In this document: positions 1 to 11,583 of the stretch, one piece after another
Layout: each line of letters begins with the position of its first letter
Position numbering within the stretch: position 1 is the first letter of the stretch
From: Auanema rhodensis
Lineage: Eukaryota > Animalia > Nematoda
Length of the DNA: 64,000 nt
Reading direction: 5' to 3'
Assembly (NCBI GenBank): GCA_964057225.1
Contig: OZ059896.1
Location: 21,514,001-21,578,000 of the forward strand
The notes under the pieces: generated by a model
The model's input: the letters and a program-made list of their open reading frames with translations, nothing else
What the model was told of the DNA's origin: nothing
Databases searched by the model: none
Made by a program: the position numbers and the translations under genes

Positions 1-106
1 ACAGATCGACGCAGCTTAAAAATCCGCATTGAATGCACTATACTACATTGAGAAACGCTTAATACAAAAATTAGTTATGATTGTTTGAAAAATGATGCAT
101 TAGTGT

Positions 107-134
107 ATGTTGAGTTTCCATGTACACTCAACAT
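107..134. other. Monomer dyad: ATGTTGAGT-N10-ACTCAACAT (9-bp inverted repeat)
   Basis: The arms at 107-115 and 126-134 are exact reverse complements. The common pos-130 A>T variant introduces one mismatch. Confidence 0.85.
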
Positions 135-147
135 TGCTTCCAAAAAC

Positions 148-182
148 ATTTTGACAAAAATTTTTTCGAAAAATTTCAAAAT
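148..182. other. Monomer dyad: imperfect AT-rich palindrome centred on TTTTTCGAAAAA
   Basis: A perfect 12-bp palindrome lies at 162-173, with outer arms ATTTTGA (148-154) and TCAAAAT (176-182). Confidence 0.8.
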
Positions 183-284
183 AATTTAGCAAAAAGTAGA
201 TGTTTTTAGATTCCTTTTTTCAAGGCAAAGACGATGGACAATGTTATTCAACGAAAAAATTAATTCTTCAGGGTGAAAATCGAG

Positions 285-306
285 GATATAAGTGTGCACT
301 TATATC
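285..306. other. Monomer dyad: GATATAAGT(G)-loop-(C)ACTTATATC (9-10-bp inverted repeat)
   Basis: GATATAAGTG and CACTTATATC are exact reverse complements in pos-297C monomers such as m1. The majority 297A monomers have 9-bp arms around a GTGA loop. Confidence 0.9.
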
Positions 307-2773
307 AGATGATATCTCGATGCATTTTTAAGCTAGCGCAAATCTGATAACACAGATCGACGCAGCTCAAAAATCCGCATCGAATGCACTATACTACATT
401 GAGAATCGCTTAATACAAAAATTAGTTATGATCGTTTGAAAATTGATGCATTAGTGTATGTTGAGTTTCCATGTACACTCAACATTGCTTCCAAAAACAT
501 TTTGACAAAAACTTTTTCGAAAAATTTCAAAATAATTTAGCAAAAAGTAGATGTTTTTAGATTCCTTTTTTCAAGGCAAAGACGATGGACAATGTTATTC
601 AACGAAAAAATTAATTCTTCAGGGTGAAAATCGAGGATATAAGTGTGAACTTATATCAGTTGATATCTCGGTGCATTTTTAAGCTAGCGCAAATCTCATA
701 ACACAGATCGACGCAGCTTGAAAATCCGCATCGAATGCACTATACTACATTGAGAAACGCTTAATACAAAAATTAGTTATGATCGTTTGAAAAATGATGC
801 CTTAGTGTATGTTGAGTTTCCATGTACACTCAACATTGCTTCCAAAAACATTTTGACAAAAACTTTTTCGAAAAATTTCAAAATAATTTAGCAAAAAGTA
901 GATGTTTTTAGATTCCTTTTTTCAAGGCAAAGACGATGGACAATGTTATTCAACGAAAAAATTAATTCTTCAGGGTGAAAATCGAGGATATAAGTGTGAA
1001 CTTATATCAGTTGATATCTCGGTGCATTTTTAAGCTAGCGCAAATCTCATAACACAGATCGACGCAGCTTGAAAATCCGCATCGAATGCACTATACTACA
1101 TTGAGAAACGCTTAATACAAAAATTAGTTATGATCGTTTGAAAAATGATGCCTTAGTGTATGTTGAGTTTCCATGTACACTCAACATTGCTTCCAAAAAC
1201 ATTTTGACAAAAATTTTTTCGAAACATTTCAAAATAATTTAGCAAAAAGTAGATGTTTTTAGATTCCTTTTTTCAAGGCAAAGACGATGGACAATGTTAT
1301 TCAACGAAAAAATTAATTCTTCAGGGTGAAAATCGAGGATATAAGTGTGAACTTATATCAGTTGATATCTCGGTGCATTTTTAAGCTAGCGCAAATCTGA
1401 TAACACAGATCGACGCAGCTTAAAAATCCGCATCGAATGCACTTTACTACATTGAGAAACGCTTAATACAAAAATTAGTTATGATCGTTTGAAAAATGAT
1501 GCATTAGTGTATGTTGAGTTTCCATGTACACTCAACATTGCTTCCAAAAACATTTTGACAAAAATTTTTTCGAAAAATTTCAAAATAATTTAGCAAAAAG
1601 TAGATGTTTTTAGATTCCTTTTTTCAAGGCAAAGACGATGGACAATGTTATTCAACGAAAAAATTAATTCTTCAGGGTGAAAATCGAGGATATAAGTGTG
1701 AACTTATATCAGTTGATATCTCGGTGCATTTTTAAGCTAGCGCAAATCTGATAACACAGATCGACGCAGCTTAAAAATCCGCATCGAATGCACTATACCA
1801 CATTGAGAAACGCTTAATACAAAAATTAGTTATGATCGTTTGAAAATTGATGCATTAGTGTATGTTGAGTTTCCATGTACACTCAACATTGCTTCCAAAA
1901 ACATTTTGACAAAAACTTTTTCGAAAAATTTCAAAATAATTTAGCAAAAAGTAGATGTTTTTAGATTCCTTTTTTTAAGGCAAAGACGATGGACAATGTT
2001 ATTCAACGAAAAAATTAATTCTTCAGGGTGAAAATCGAGGATATAAGTGTGAACTTATATCAGTTGATATCTCGGTGCATTTTTAAGCTAGCGCAAATCT
2101 CATAACACAGATCGACGCAGCTTGAAAATCCGCATCGAATGCACTATACTACATTGAGAAACGCTTAATACAAAAATTAGTTATGATCGTTTGAAAAATG
2201 ATGCCTTAGTGTATGTTGAGTTTCCATGTACACTCAACATTGCTTCCAAAAACATTTTGACAAAAATTTTTTCGAAACATTTCAAAATAATTTAGCAAAA
2301 AGTAGATGTTTTTAGATTCCTTTTTTCAAGGCAAAGACGATGGACAATGTTATTCAACGAAAAAATTAATTCTTCAGGGTGAAAATCGAGGATATAAGTG
2401 TGAACTTATATCAGTTGATATCTCGGTGCATTTTTAAGCTAGCGCAAATCTGATAACACAGATCGACGCAGCTTAAAAATCCGCATCGAATGCACTATAC
2501 CACATTGAGAAACGCTTAATACAAAAATTAGTTATGATCGTTTGAAAATTGATGCATTAGTGTATGTTGAGTTTCCATGTACACTCTACATTGCTTCCAA
2601 AAACATTTTGACAAAAATTTTTTCGAAAAATTTCAAAATAATTTAGCAAAAAGTAGATGTTTTTAGATTCCTTTTTTCAAGGCAAAGACGATGGACAATG
2701 TTATTCAACGAAAAAATTAATTCTTCAGGGTGAAAATCGAGGATATAAGTGTGAACTTATATCAGTTGATATC

Positions 2774-2840
2774 TCGATGCATTTTTAAGCTAGCGCAAAT
2801 CTGATAACACAGATCGACGCAGCTTAAAAATCCGCATCGA
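2774..2840. other. ~67-bp imperfect inverted repeat (pos 317 to pos 32 of the next monomer); example shown, present once per 351 bp
   Basis: TCGATGC-ATTTTTAAGCT-a-GCG-caa-ATCTG-[ataaca]-CAGAT-cga-CGC-AGCTTAAAAAT-cc-GCATCGA forms stems of 7+11+3+5 bp. Confidence 0.9.
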
Positions 2841-5800
2841 ATGCACTATACCACATTGAGAAACGCTTAATACAAAAATTAGTTATGATCGTTTGAAAAT
2901 TGATGCATTAGTGTATGTTGAGTTTCCATGTTCACTCAACATTGCTTCCAAAAACATTTTGACAAAAATGTTTTCGAAAAATTTCAAAATAATTTAGCAA
3001 AAAGTAGATGTTTTTAGATTCCTTTTTTCAAGGCAAAGACGATGGACAATGTTATTCAACGAAAAAATTAATTCTTCAGGGTGAAAATCGAGGATATAAG
3101 TGTGCACTTATATCAGTTGATATCTCGATGCATTTTTAAGCTAGCGCAAATCTGATAACACAGATCGACGCAGCTTGAAAATCCGCATCGAATGCACTAT
3201 ACTACATTGAGAAACGCTTAATACAAAAATTAGTTATGATCGTTTGAAAAATGATGCATTAGTGTATGTTGAGTTTCCATGTACACTCAACATTGCTTCC
3301 AAAAACATTTTGACAAAAATTTTTTCGAAAAATTTCAAAATAATTTAGCAAAAAGTAGATGTTTTTAGATTCCTTTTTTCAAGGCAAAGACGATGGACAA
3401 TGTTATTCAACGAAAAAATTAATTCTTCAGGGTGAAAATCGAGGATATAAGTGTGAACTTATATCAGTTGATATCTCGGTGCATTTTTAAGCTAGCGCAA
3501 ATCTCATAACACAGATCGACGCAGCTTGAAAATCCGCATCGAATGCACTATACTACATTGAGAAACGCTTAATACAAAAATTAGTTATGATCGTTTGAAA
3601 AATGATGCCTTAGTGTATGTTGAGTTTCCATGTACACTCAACATTGCTTCCAAAAACATTTTGACAAAAATTTTTTCGAAACATTTCAAAATAATTTAGC
3701 AAAAAGTAGATGTTTTTAGATTCCTTTTTTCAAGGCAAAGACGATGGACAATGTTATTCAACGAAAAAATTAATTCTTCAGGGTGAAAATCGAGGATATA
3801 AGTGTGAACTTATATCAGTTGATATCTCGGTGCATTTTTAAGCTAGCGCAAATCTGATAACACAGATCGACGCAGCTTAAAAATCCGCATCGAATGCACT
3901 TTACTACATTGAGAAACGCTTAATACAAAAATTAGTTATGATCGTTTGAAAAATGATGCATTAGTGTATGTTGAGTTTCCATGTACACTCAACATTGCTT
4001 CCAAAAACATTTTGACAAAAATTTTTTCGAAAAATTTCAAAATAATTTAGCAAAAAGTAGATGTTTTTAGATTCCTTTTTTCAAGGCAAAGACGATGGAC
4101 AATGTTATTCAACGAAAAAATTAATTCTTCAGGGTGAAAATCGAGGATATAAGTGTGAACTTATATCAGTTGATATCTCGGTGCATTTTTAAGCTAGCGC
4201 AAATCTGATAACACAGATCGACGCAGCTTAAAAATCCGCATCGAATGCACTATACCACATTGAGAAACGCTTAATACAAAAATTAGTTATGATCGTTTGA
4301 AAATTGATGCATTAGTGTATGTTGAGTTTCCATGTACACTCAACATTGCTTCCAAAAACATTTTGACAAAAACTTTTTCGAAAAATTTCAAAATAATTTA
4401 GCAAAAAGTAGATGTTTTTAGATTCCTTTTTTTAAGGCAAAGACGATGGACAATGTTATTCAACGAAAAAATTAATTCTTCAGGGTGAAAATCGAGGATA
4501 TAAGTGTGAACTTATATCAGTTGATATCTCGATGCATTTTTAAGCTAGCGCAAATCTGATAACACAGATCGACGCAGCTTAAAAATCCGCATCGAATGCA
4601 CTATACCACATTGAGAAACGCTTAATACAAAAATTAGTTATGATCGTTTGAAAATTGATGCATTAGTGTATGTTGAGTTTCCATGTTCACTCAACATTGC
4701 TTCCAAAAACATTTTGACAAAAATGTTTTCGAAAAATTTCAAAATAATTTAGCAAAAAGTAGATGTTTTTAGATTCCTTTTTTCAAGGCAAAGACGATGG
4801 ACAATGTTATTCAACGAAAAAATTAATTCTTCAGGGTGAAAATCGAGGATATAAGTGTGCACTTATATCAGTTGATATCTCGATGCATTTTTAAGCTAGC
4901 GCAAATCTGATAACACAGATCGACGCAGCTTGAAAATCCGCATCGAATGCACTATACTACATTGAGAAACGCTTAATACAAAAATTAGTTATGATCGTTT
5001 GAAAAATGATGCATTAGTGTATGTTGAGTTTCCATGTACACTCAACATTGCTTCCAAAAACATTTTGACAAAAATTTTTTCAAAAAATTTCAAAATAATT
5101 TAGCAAAAAGTAGATGTTTTTAGATTCCTTTTTTCAAGGCAAAGACGATGGAGAATGTTATTCAACGAAAAAATTAATTCTTCAGGGTGAAAATCGAGGA
5201 TATAAGTGTGAACTTATATCAGTTGATATCTCGGTGCATTTTTAAGCTAGCGCAAATCTCATAACACAGATCGACGCAGCTTGAAAATCCGCAACGAATG
5301 CACTATACTACATTGAGAAACGCTTAATACAAAAGTTAGTTATGATCGTTTGAAAAATGATGCCTTAGTGTATGTTGAGTTTTCATGTACACTCAACATT
5401 GCTTCCAAAAACATTTTGACAAAAATTTTTTCGAAAAATTTCAAAATAATTTAGCAAAAAGTAGATGTTTTTAGATTCCTTTTTTCAAGGCAAAGACGAT
5501 GGACAATGTTATTCAACGAAAAAATTAATTCTTCAGGGTGAAAATCGAGGATATAAGTGTGAACTTATATCAGTTGATATCTCGGTGCATTTTTAAGCTA
5601 GCGCAAATCTGATAACACAGATCGACGCAGCTTAAAAATCCGCATCGAATGCACTATACCACATTGAGAAACGCTTAATACAAAAATTAGTTATGATCGT
5701 TTGAAAATTGATGCATTAGTGTATGTTGAGTTTCCATGTACACTCTACATTGCTTCCAAAAACATTTTGACAAAAATTTTTTCGAAAAATTTCAAAATAA

Positions 5801-8800
5801 TTTAGCAAAAAGTAGAAGTTTTTAGATTCCTTTTTTCAAGGCAAAGACGATGGACAATGTTATTCAACGAAAAAATTAATTCTTCAGGGTGAAAATCGAG
5901 GATATAAGTGTGAACATATATCAGTTGATATCTCGGTGCATTTTTAAGCTAGCGCAAATCTGATAACACAGATCGACGCAGCTTAAAAATCCGCATCGAA
6001 TGCACTATACTACATTGAGAAACGCTTAATACAAAAATTAGTTATGATCGTTTGAAAATTGATGCATTAGTGTATGTTGAGTTTCCATGTACACTCAACA
6101 TTGCTTCCAAAAACATTTTGACAAAAATTTTTTCGAAAAATTTCAAAATAATTTAGCAAAAAGTAGATGTTTTTAGATTCCTTTTTTCAAGGCAAAGACG
6201 ATGGACAATGTTATTCAACGAAAAATTTAATTCTTCAGGGTGAAAATTGAGGATATAAGTGTGAACTTATATCAGTTGATATCTCGGTGCATTTTTAAGC
6301 AAGCGCAAATCTGATAACACAGATCGACGCAGCTTAAAAATCCGCATCGAATGCACTATACCACATTGAGAAACGCTTAATACAAAAATTAGTTATGATC
6401 GTTTGAAAATTGATGCATTAGTGTATGTTGAGTTTCCATGTACACTCTACATTGCTTCCAAAAACATTTTGACAAAAATTTTTTCGAAAAATTTCAAAAT
6501 AATTTAGCAAAAAGTAGATGTTTTTAGATTCCTTTTTTCAAGGCAAAGACGATGGACAATGTTATTCAACGAAAAAATTAATTCTTCAGGGTGAAAATCG
6601 AGGATATAAGTGTGAACTTATATCAGTTGATATCTCGATGCATTTTTAAGCTAGCGCAAATCTGATCACACAGATCGACGCAGCTTAAAAATCCGCATCG
6701 AATGCACTATACCACATTGAGAAACGCTTAATACAAAAATTAGTTATGATCGTTTGAAAATTGATGCATTAGTGTATGTTGAGTTTCCATGTACACTCAA
6801 CATTGCTTCCAAAAACATTTTGACAACAATTTTTTCGAAAAATTTCAAAATAATTTAGCAAAAAGTAGAAGTTTTTAGATTCCTTTTTTCAAGGCAAAGA
6901 CGATGGACAATGTTATTCAACGAAAAAATTAATTCTTCAGGGTGAAAATCGAGGATATAAGTGTGAACTTATATCAGTTGATATCTCGATGCATTTTTAA
7001 GCTAGCGCAAATCTGATAACACAGATCGACGCAGCTTAAAAATCCGCATCGAATGCACTATACCACATTGAGAAACGCTTAATACAAAAATTAGTTATGA
7101 TCGTTTGAAAATTGATGCATTAGTGTATGTTGAGTTTCCATGTTCACTCAACATTGCTTCCAAAAACATTTTGACAAAAATGTTTTCGAAAAATTTCAAA
7201 ATAATTTAGCAAAAAGTAGATGTTTTTAGATTCCTTTTTTCAAGGCAAAGACGATGGACAATGTTATTCAACGAAAAAATTAATTCTTCAGGGTGAAAAT
7301 CGAGGATATAAGTGTGCACTTATATCAGTTGATATCTCGATGCATTTTTAAGCTAGCGCAAATCTGATAACACAGATCGACGCAGCTTGAAAATCCGCAT
7401 CGAATGCACTATACTACATTGAGAAACGCTTAATACAAAAATTAGTTATGATCGTTTGAAAAATGATGCATTAGTGTATGTTGAGTTTCCATGTACACTC
7501 AACATTGCTTCCAAAAACATTTTGACAAAAATTTTTTCAAAAAATTTCAAAATAATTTAGCAAAAAGTAGATGTTTTTAGATTCCTTTTTTCAAGGCAAA
7601 GACGATGGAGAATGTTATTCAACGAAAAAATTAATTCTTCAGGGTGAAAATCGAGGATATAAGTGTGAACTTATATCAGTTGATATCTCGGTGCATTTTT
7701 AAGCTAGCGCAAATCTCATAACACAGATCGACGCAGCTTGAAAATCCGCAACGAATGCACTATACTACATTGAGAAACGCTTAATACAAAAGTTAGTTAT
7801 GATCGTTTGAAAAATGATGCCTTAGTGTATGTTGAGTTTTCATGTACACTCAACATTGCTTCCAAAAACATTTTGACAAAAATTTTTTCGAAAAATTTCA
7901 AAATAATTTAGCAAAAAGTAGATGTTTTTAGATTCCTTTTTTCAAGGCAAAGACGATGGACAATGTTATTCAACGAAAAAATTAATTCTTCAGGGTGAAA
8001 ATCGAGGATATAAGTGTGAACTTATATCAGTTGATATCTCGGTGCATTTTTAAGCTAGCGCAAATCTGATAACACAGATCGACGCAGCTTAAAAATCCGC
8101 ATCGAATGCACTATACCACATTGAGAAACGCTTAATACAAAAATTAGTTATGATCGTTTGAAAATTGATGCATTAGTGTATGTTGAGTTTCCATGTACAC
8201 TCTACATTGCTTCCAAAAACATTTTGACAAAAATTTTTTCGAAAAATTTCAAAATAATTTAGCAAAAAGTAGATGTTTTTAGATTCCTTTTTTCAAGGCA
8301 AAGACGATGGACAATGTTATTCAACGAAAAAATTAATTCTTCAGGGTGAAAATCGAGGATATAAGTGTGAACTTATATCAGTTGATATCTCGATGCATTT
8401 TTAAGCTAGCGCAAATCTGATAACACAGATCGACGCAGCTTAAAAATCCGCATCGAATGCACTATACCACATTGAGAAACGCTTAATACAAAAATTAGTT
8501 ATGATCGTTTGAAAATTGATGCATTAGTGTATGTTGAGTTTCCATGTTCACTCAACATTGCTTCCAAAAACATTTTGACAAAAATGTTTTCGAAAAATTT
8601 CAAAATAATTTAGCAAAAAGTAGATGTTTTTAGATTCCTTTTTTCAAGGCAAAGACGATGGACAATGTTATTCAACGAAAAAATTAATTCTTCAGGGTGA
8701 AAATCGAGGATATAAGTGTGAACTTATATTAGTTGATATCTCGATGCATTTTTAAGCTAGCGCAAATCTGATAACACAGATCGACGCAGCTTAAAAATCC

Positions 8801-11583
8801 GCATCGAATGCACTATACCACATTGAGAAACGCTTAATACAAAAATTAGTTATGATCGTTTGAAAATTGATGCATTAGTGTATGTTGAGTTTCCATGTAC
8901 ACTCAACATTGCTTCCAAAAACATTTTGACAAAAATTTTTTCGAAAAATTTCAAAATAATTTAGCAAAAAGTAGATGTTTTTAGATTCCTTTTTTCAAGG
9001 CAAAGACGATGGACAATGTTATTCAACGAAAAAATTAATTCTTCAGGGTGAAAATCGAGGATATAAGTGTGAACTTATATAAGTTGATATCTCGGTGCAT
9101 TTTTAAGCAAGCGCAAATCTGATAACACAGATCGACGCAGCTTAAAAATCCGCATCGAATGCACTATACCACATTGAGAAACGCTTAATACAAAAATTAG
9201 TTATGATCGTTTGAAAATTGATGCATTAGTGTATGTTGAGTTTCCATGTACACTCTACATTGCTTCCAAAAACATTTTGACAAAAATTTTTTCGAAAAAT
9301 TTCAAAATAATTTAGCAAAAAGTAGATGTTTTAAGATTCCTTTTTTCAAGGCAAAGACGATGGACAATGTTATTCAACGAAAAAATTAATTCTTCAGGGT
9401 GAAAATCGAGGATATAAGTGTGAACTTATATCAGTTGATATCTCGGTGCATTTTTAAGCTAGCGCAAATCTGATAACACAGATCGACGCAGCTTAAAAAT
9501 CCGCATCGAATGCACTATACTACATTGAGAAACGCTTAATACAAAAATTAGTTATGATCGTTTGAAAAATGATGCATTAGTGTATGTTGAGTTTCCATGT
9601 ACACTCAACATTGCTTCCAAAAACATTTTGACAAAAACTTTTTCGAAAAATTTCAAAATAATTTAGCAAAAAGTAGATGTTTTTAGATTCCTTTTTTTAA
9701 GGCAAAGACGATGGACAATGTTATTCAACGAAAAAATTAATTCTTCAGGGTGAAAATCGAGGATATAAGTGTGAACTTATATCAGTTGATATCTCGGTGC
9801 ATTTTTAAGCTAGCGCAAATCTCATAACACAGATCGACGCAGCTTGAAAATCCGCATCGAATGCACTATACTACATTGAGAAACGCTTAATACAAAAATT
9901 AGTTATGATCGTTTGAAAATTGATGCATTAGTGTATGTTGAGTTTCCATGTACACTCTACATTGCTTCCAAAAACATTTTGACAAAAATTTTTTCGAAAA
10001 ATTTCAAAATAATTTAGCAAAAAGTAGATGTTTTTAGATTCCTTTTTTCAAGGCAAAGACGATGGACAATGTTATTCAACGAAAAAATTAATTCTTCAGG
10101 GTGAAAATCGAGGATATAAGTGTGAACTTATATCAGTTGATATCTCGATGCATTTTTAAGCTAGCGCAAATCTGATAACACAGATCGACGCAGCTTAAAA
10201 ATCCGCATCGAATGCACTATACCACATTGAGAAACGCTTAATACAAAAATTAGTTATGATCGTTTGAAAATTGATGCATTAGTGTATGTTGAGTTTCCAT
10301 GTACACTCAACATTGCTTCCAAAAACATTTTGACAAAAATTTTTTCGAAAAATTTCAAAACAATTTAGCAAAAAGTAGATGTTTATAGATTCCTTTTTTG
10401 AAGGCAAAGACGATGGACAATGTTATTCAACGAAAAAATTAATTCTTCAGGGTGAAAATCGAGGATATAAGTGTGCACTTATATCAGTTGATATCTTGGT
10501 GCATTTTTAAGCTAGCGCAAATCTGATAACACAGATCGACGCAGCTTAAAAATCCGCATCGAATGCACTATACTACATTGAGAAACGCTTAATACAAAAG
10601 TTAGTTATGATCGTTTGAAAAATGATGCCTTAGTGTATGTTGAGTTTCCATGTACACTCAATATTGCTTCCAAAAACATTTTGACAAAAATTTTTTCGAT
10701 AAATTTCAAAATAGTTTAGCAAAGAGTAGATGTTTTTAGATTCCTTTTTTTAAGGCAAAGACGATGGACAATGTTATTCAACAAAAAAATTAATTCTTCA
10801 GGGTGAAAATCGAGGATATAAGTGTGAACTTATATCAGTTGATATCTCGGTGCATTTTTAAGCTAGCGCAAATCTGATAACACAGATCGACGCAGCTTAA
10901 AAATCCGCATCGAATGCACTATACTACATTGAGAAACGCTTAATACAAAAATTAGTTATGATCGTTTGAAAAATGATGCATTAGTGTATGTTGAGTTTCC
11001 ATGTACACTCAACATTGCTTCCAAAAACATTTTGACAAAAATTTTTTCGAAAAATTTCAAAATAATTTAGCAAAAAGTAGATGTTTTTAGATTCCTTTTT
11101 TCAAGGCAAAGACGATGGACAATGTTATTCAACGAAAAAATTAATTCTTCAGGGTGAAAATCGAGGATATAAGTGTGAACTTATATCAGTTGATATCTCG
11201 GTGCATTTTTAAGCTAGCGCAAATCTGATAACACAGATCGACGCAGCTTAAAAATCCGCATCGAATGCACTATACCACATTGAGAAACGCTTGATACAAA
11301 AATTAGTTATGATCGTTTGAAAATTGATGCATTAGTGTATGTTGAGTTTCCATGTACACTCTACATTGCTTCCAAAAACATTTTGACAAAAATTTTTTCG
11401 AAAAATTTCAAAATAATTTAGCAAAAAGTAGATGTTTTTAGATTCCTTTTTTCAAGGCAAAGACGATGGACAATGTTATTCAACGAAAAAATTAATTCTT
11501 CAGGGTGAAAATCGAGGATATAAGTGTGAACTTATATCAGTTGATATCTCGATGCATTTTTAAGCTAGCGCAAATCTGATAAC

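Larger units (their letters stand above)
1..351. repeat. Representative 351-bp monomer (phase arbitrary), about 31% GC, with many A4-6/T4-6 tracts
   Basis: Hand count gives ~110 G+C in 351 nt. A/T tracts lie at pos 18-22, 66-70, 88-92, 142-146, 149-152, 156-166, 169-173, 178-181, 191-195, 203-207, 215-220, 254-259, 276-279 and 325-329. Confidence 0.97.

Noticed and set aside
164-180. CENP-B box-like motif (TTTCGAAAAATTTCAAA)
   Set aside because: It matches only TTCG....A of NTTCGNNNNANNCGGGN, and the essential CGGG is missing.
61-279. Ancient dimer of ~175-bp subunits (AAAAATTAGTT..TGAAAA at 66-91 vs AAAAATTAATT..TGAAAA at 255-279)
   Set aside because: The similarity is short and AT-rich, at an offset of ~189, and does not extend, so it cannot be distinguished from chance without a statistical self-alignment.
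1-351. Monomer length divisible by 3 (117 codons), suggesting a repetitive protein gene
   Set aside because: Frame 1 has stops at pos 49, 187, 274 and 289, and the six-frame track shows no ORF spanning monomers on either strand.
1-351. Tandem 5S rRNA, tRNA, snRNA or spliced-leader gene unit
   Set aside because: No recognisable 5S, tRNA cloverleaf/A-B box, U-snRNA or SL sequence was seen on either strand by eye. An Rfam cmscan would settle it.
1-351. Assignment to a named satellite (Drosophila 359-bp/1.688, Tribolium or Pimelia ~350-bp families)
   Set aside because: Only length and AT-richness are similar. I recognise no diagnostic sequence and cannot run a search.
697-720. Linked 346C and next-monomer 18G as compensatory changes in the junction hairpin
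   Set aside because: They do not pair with each other (346 pairs with pos 2, and 18 pairs with 329). The linkage is explained by co-inheritance 23 bp apart.
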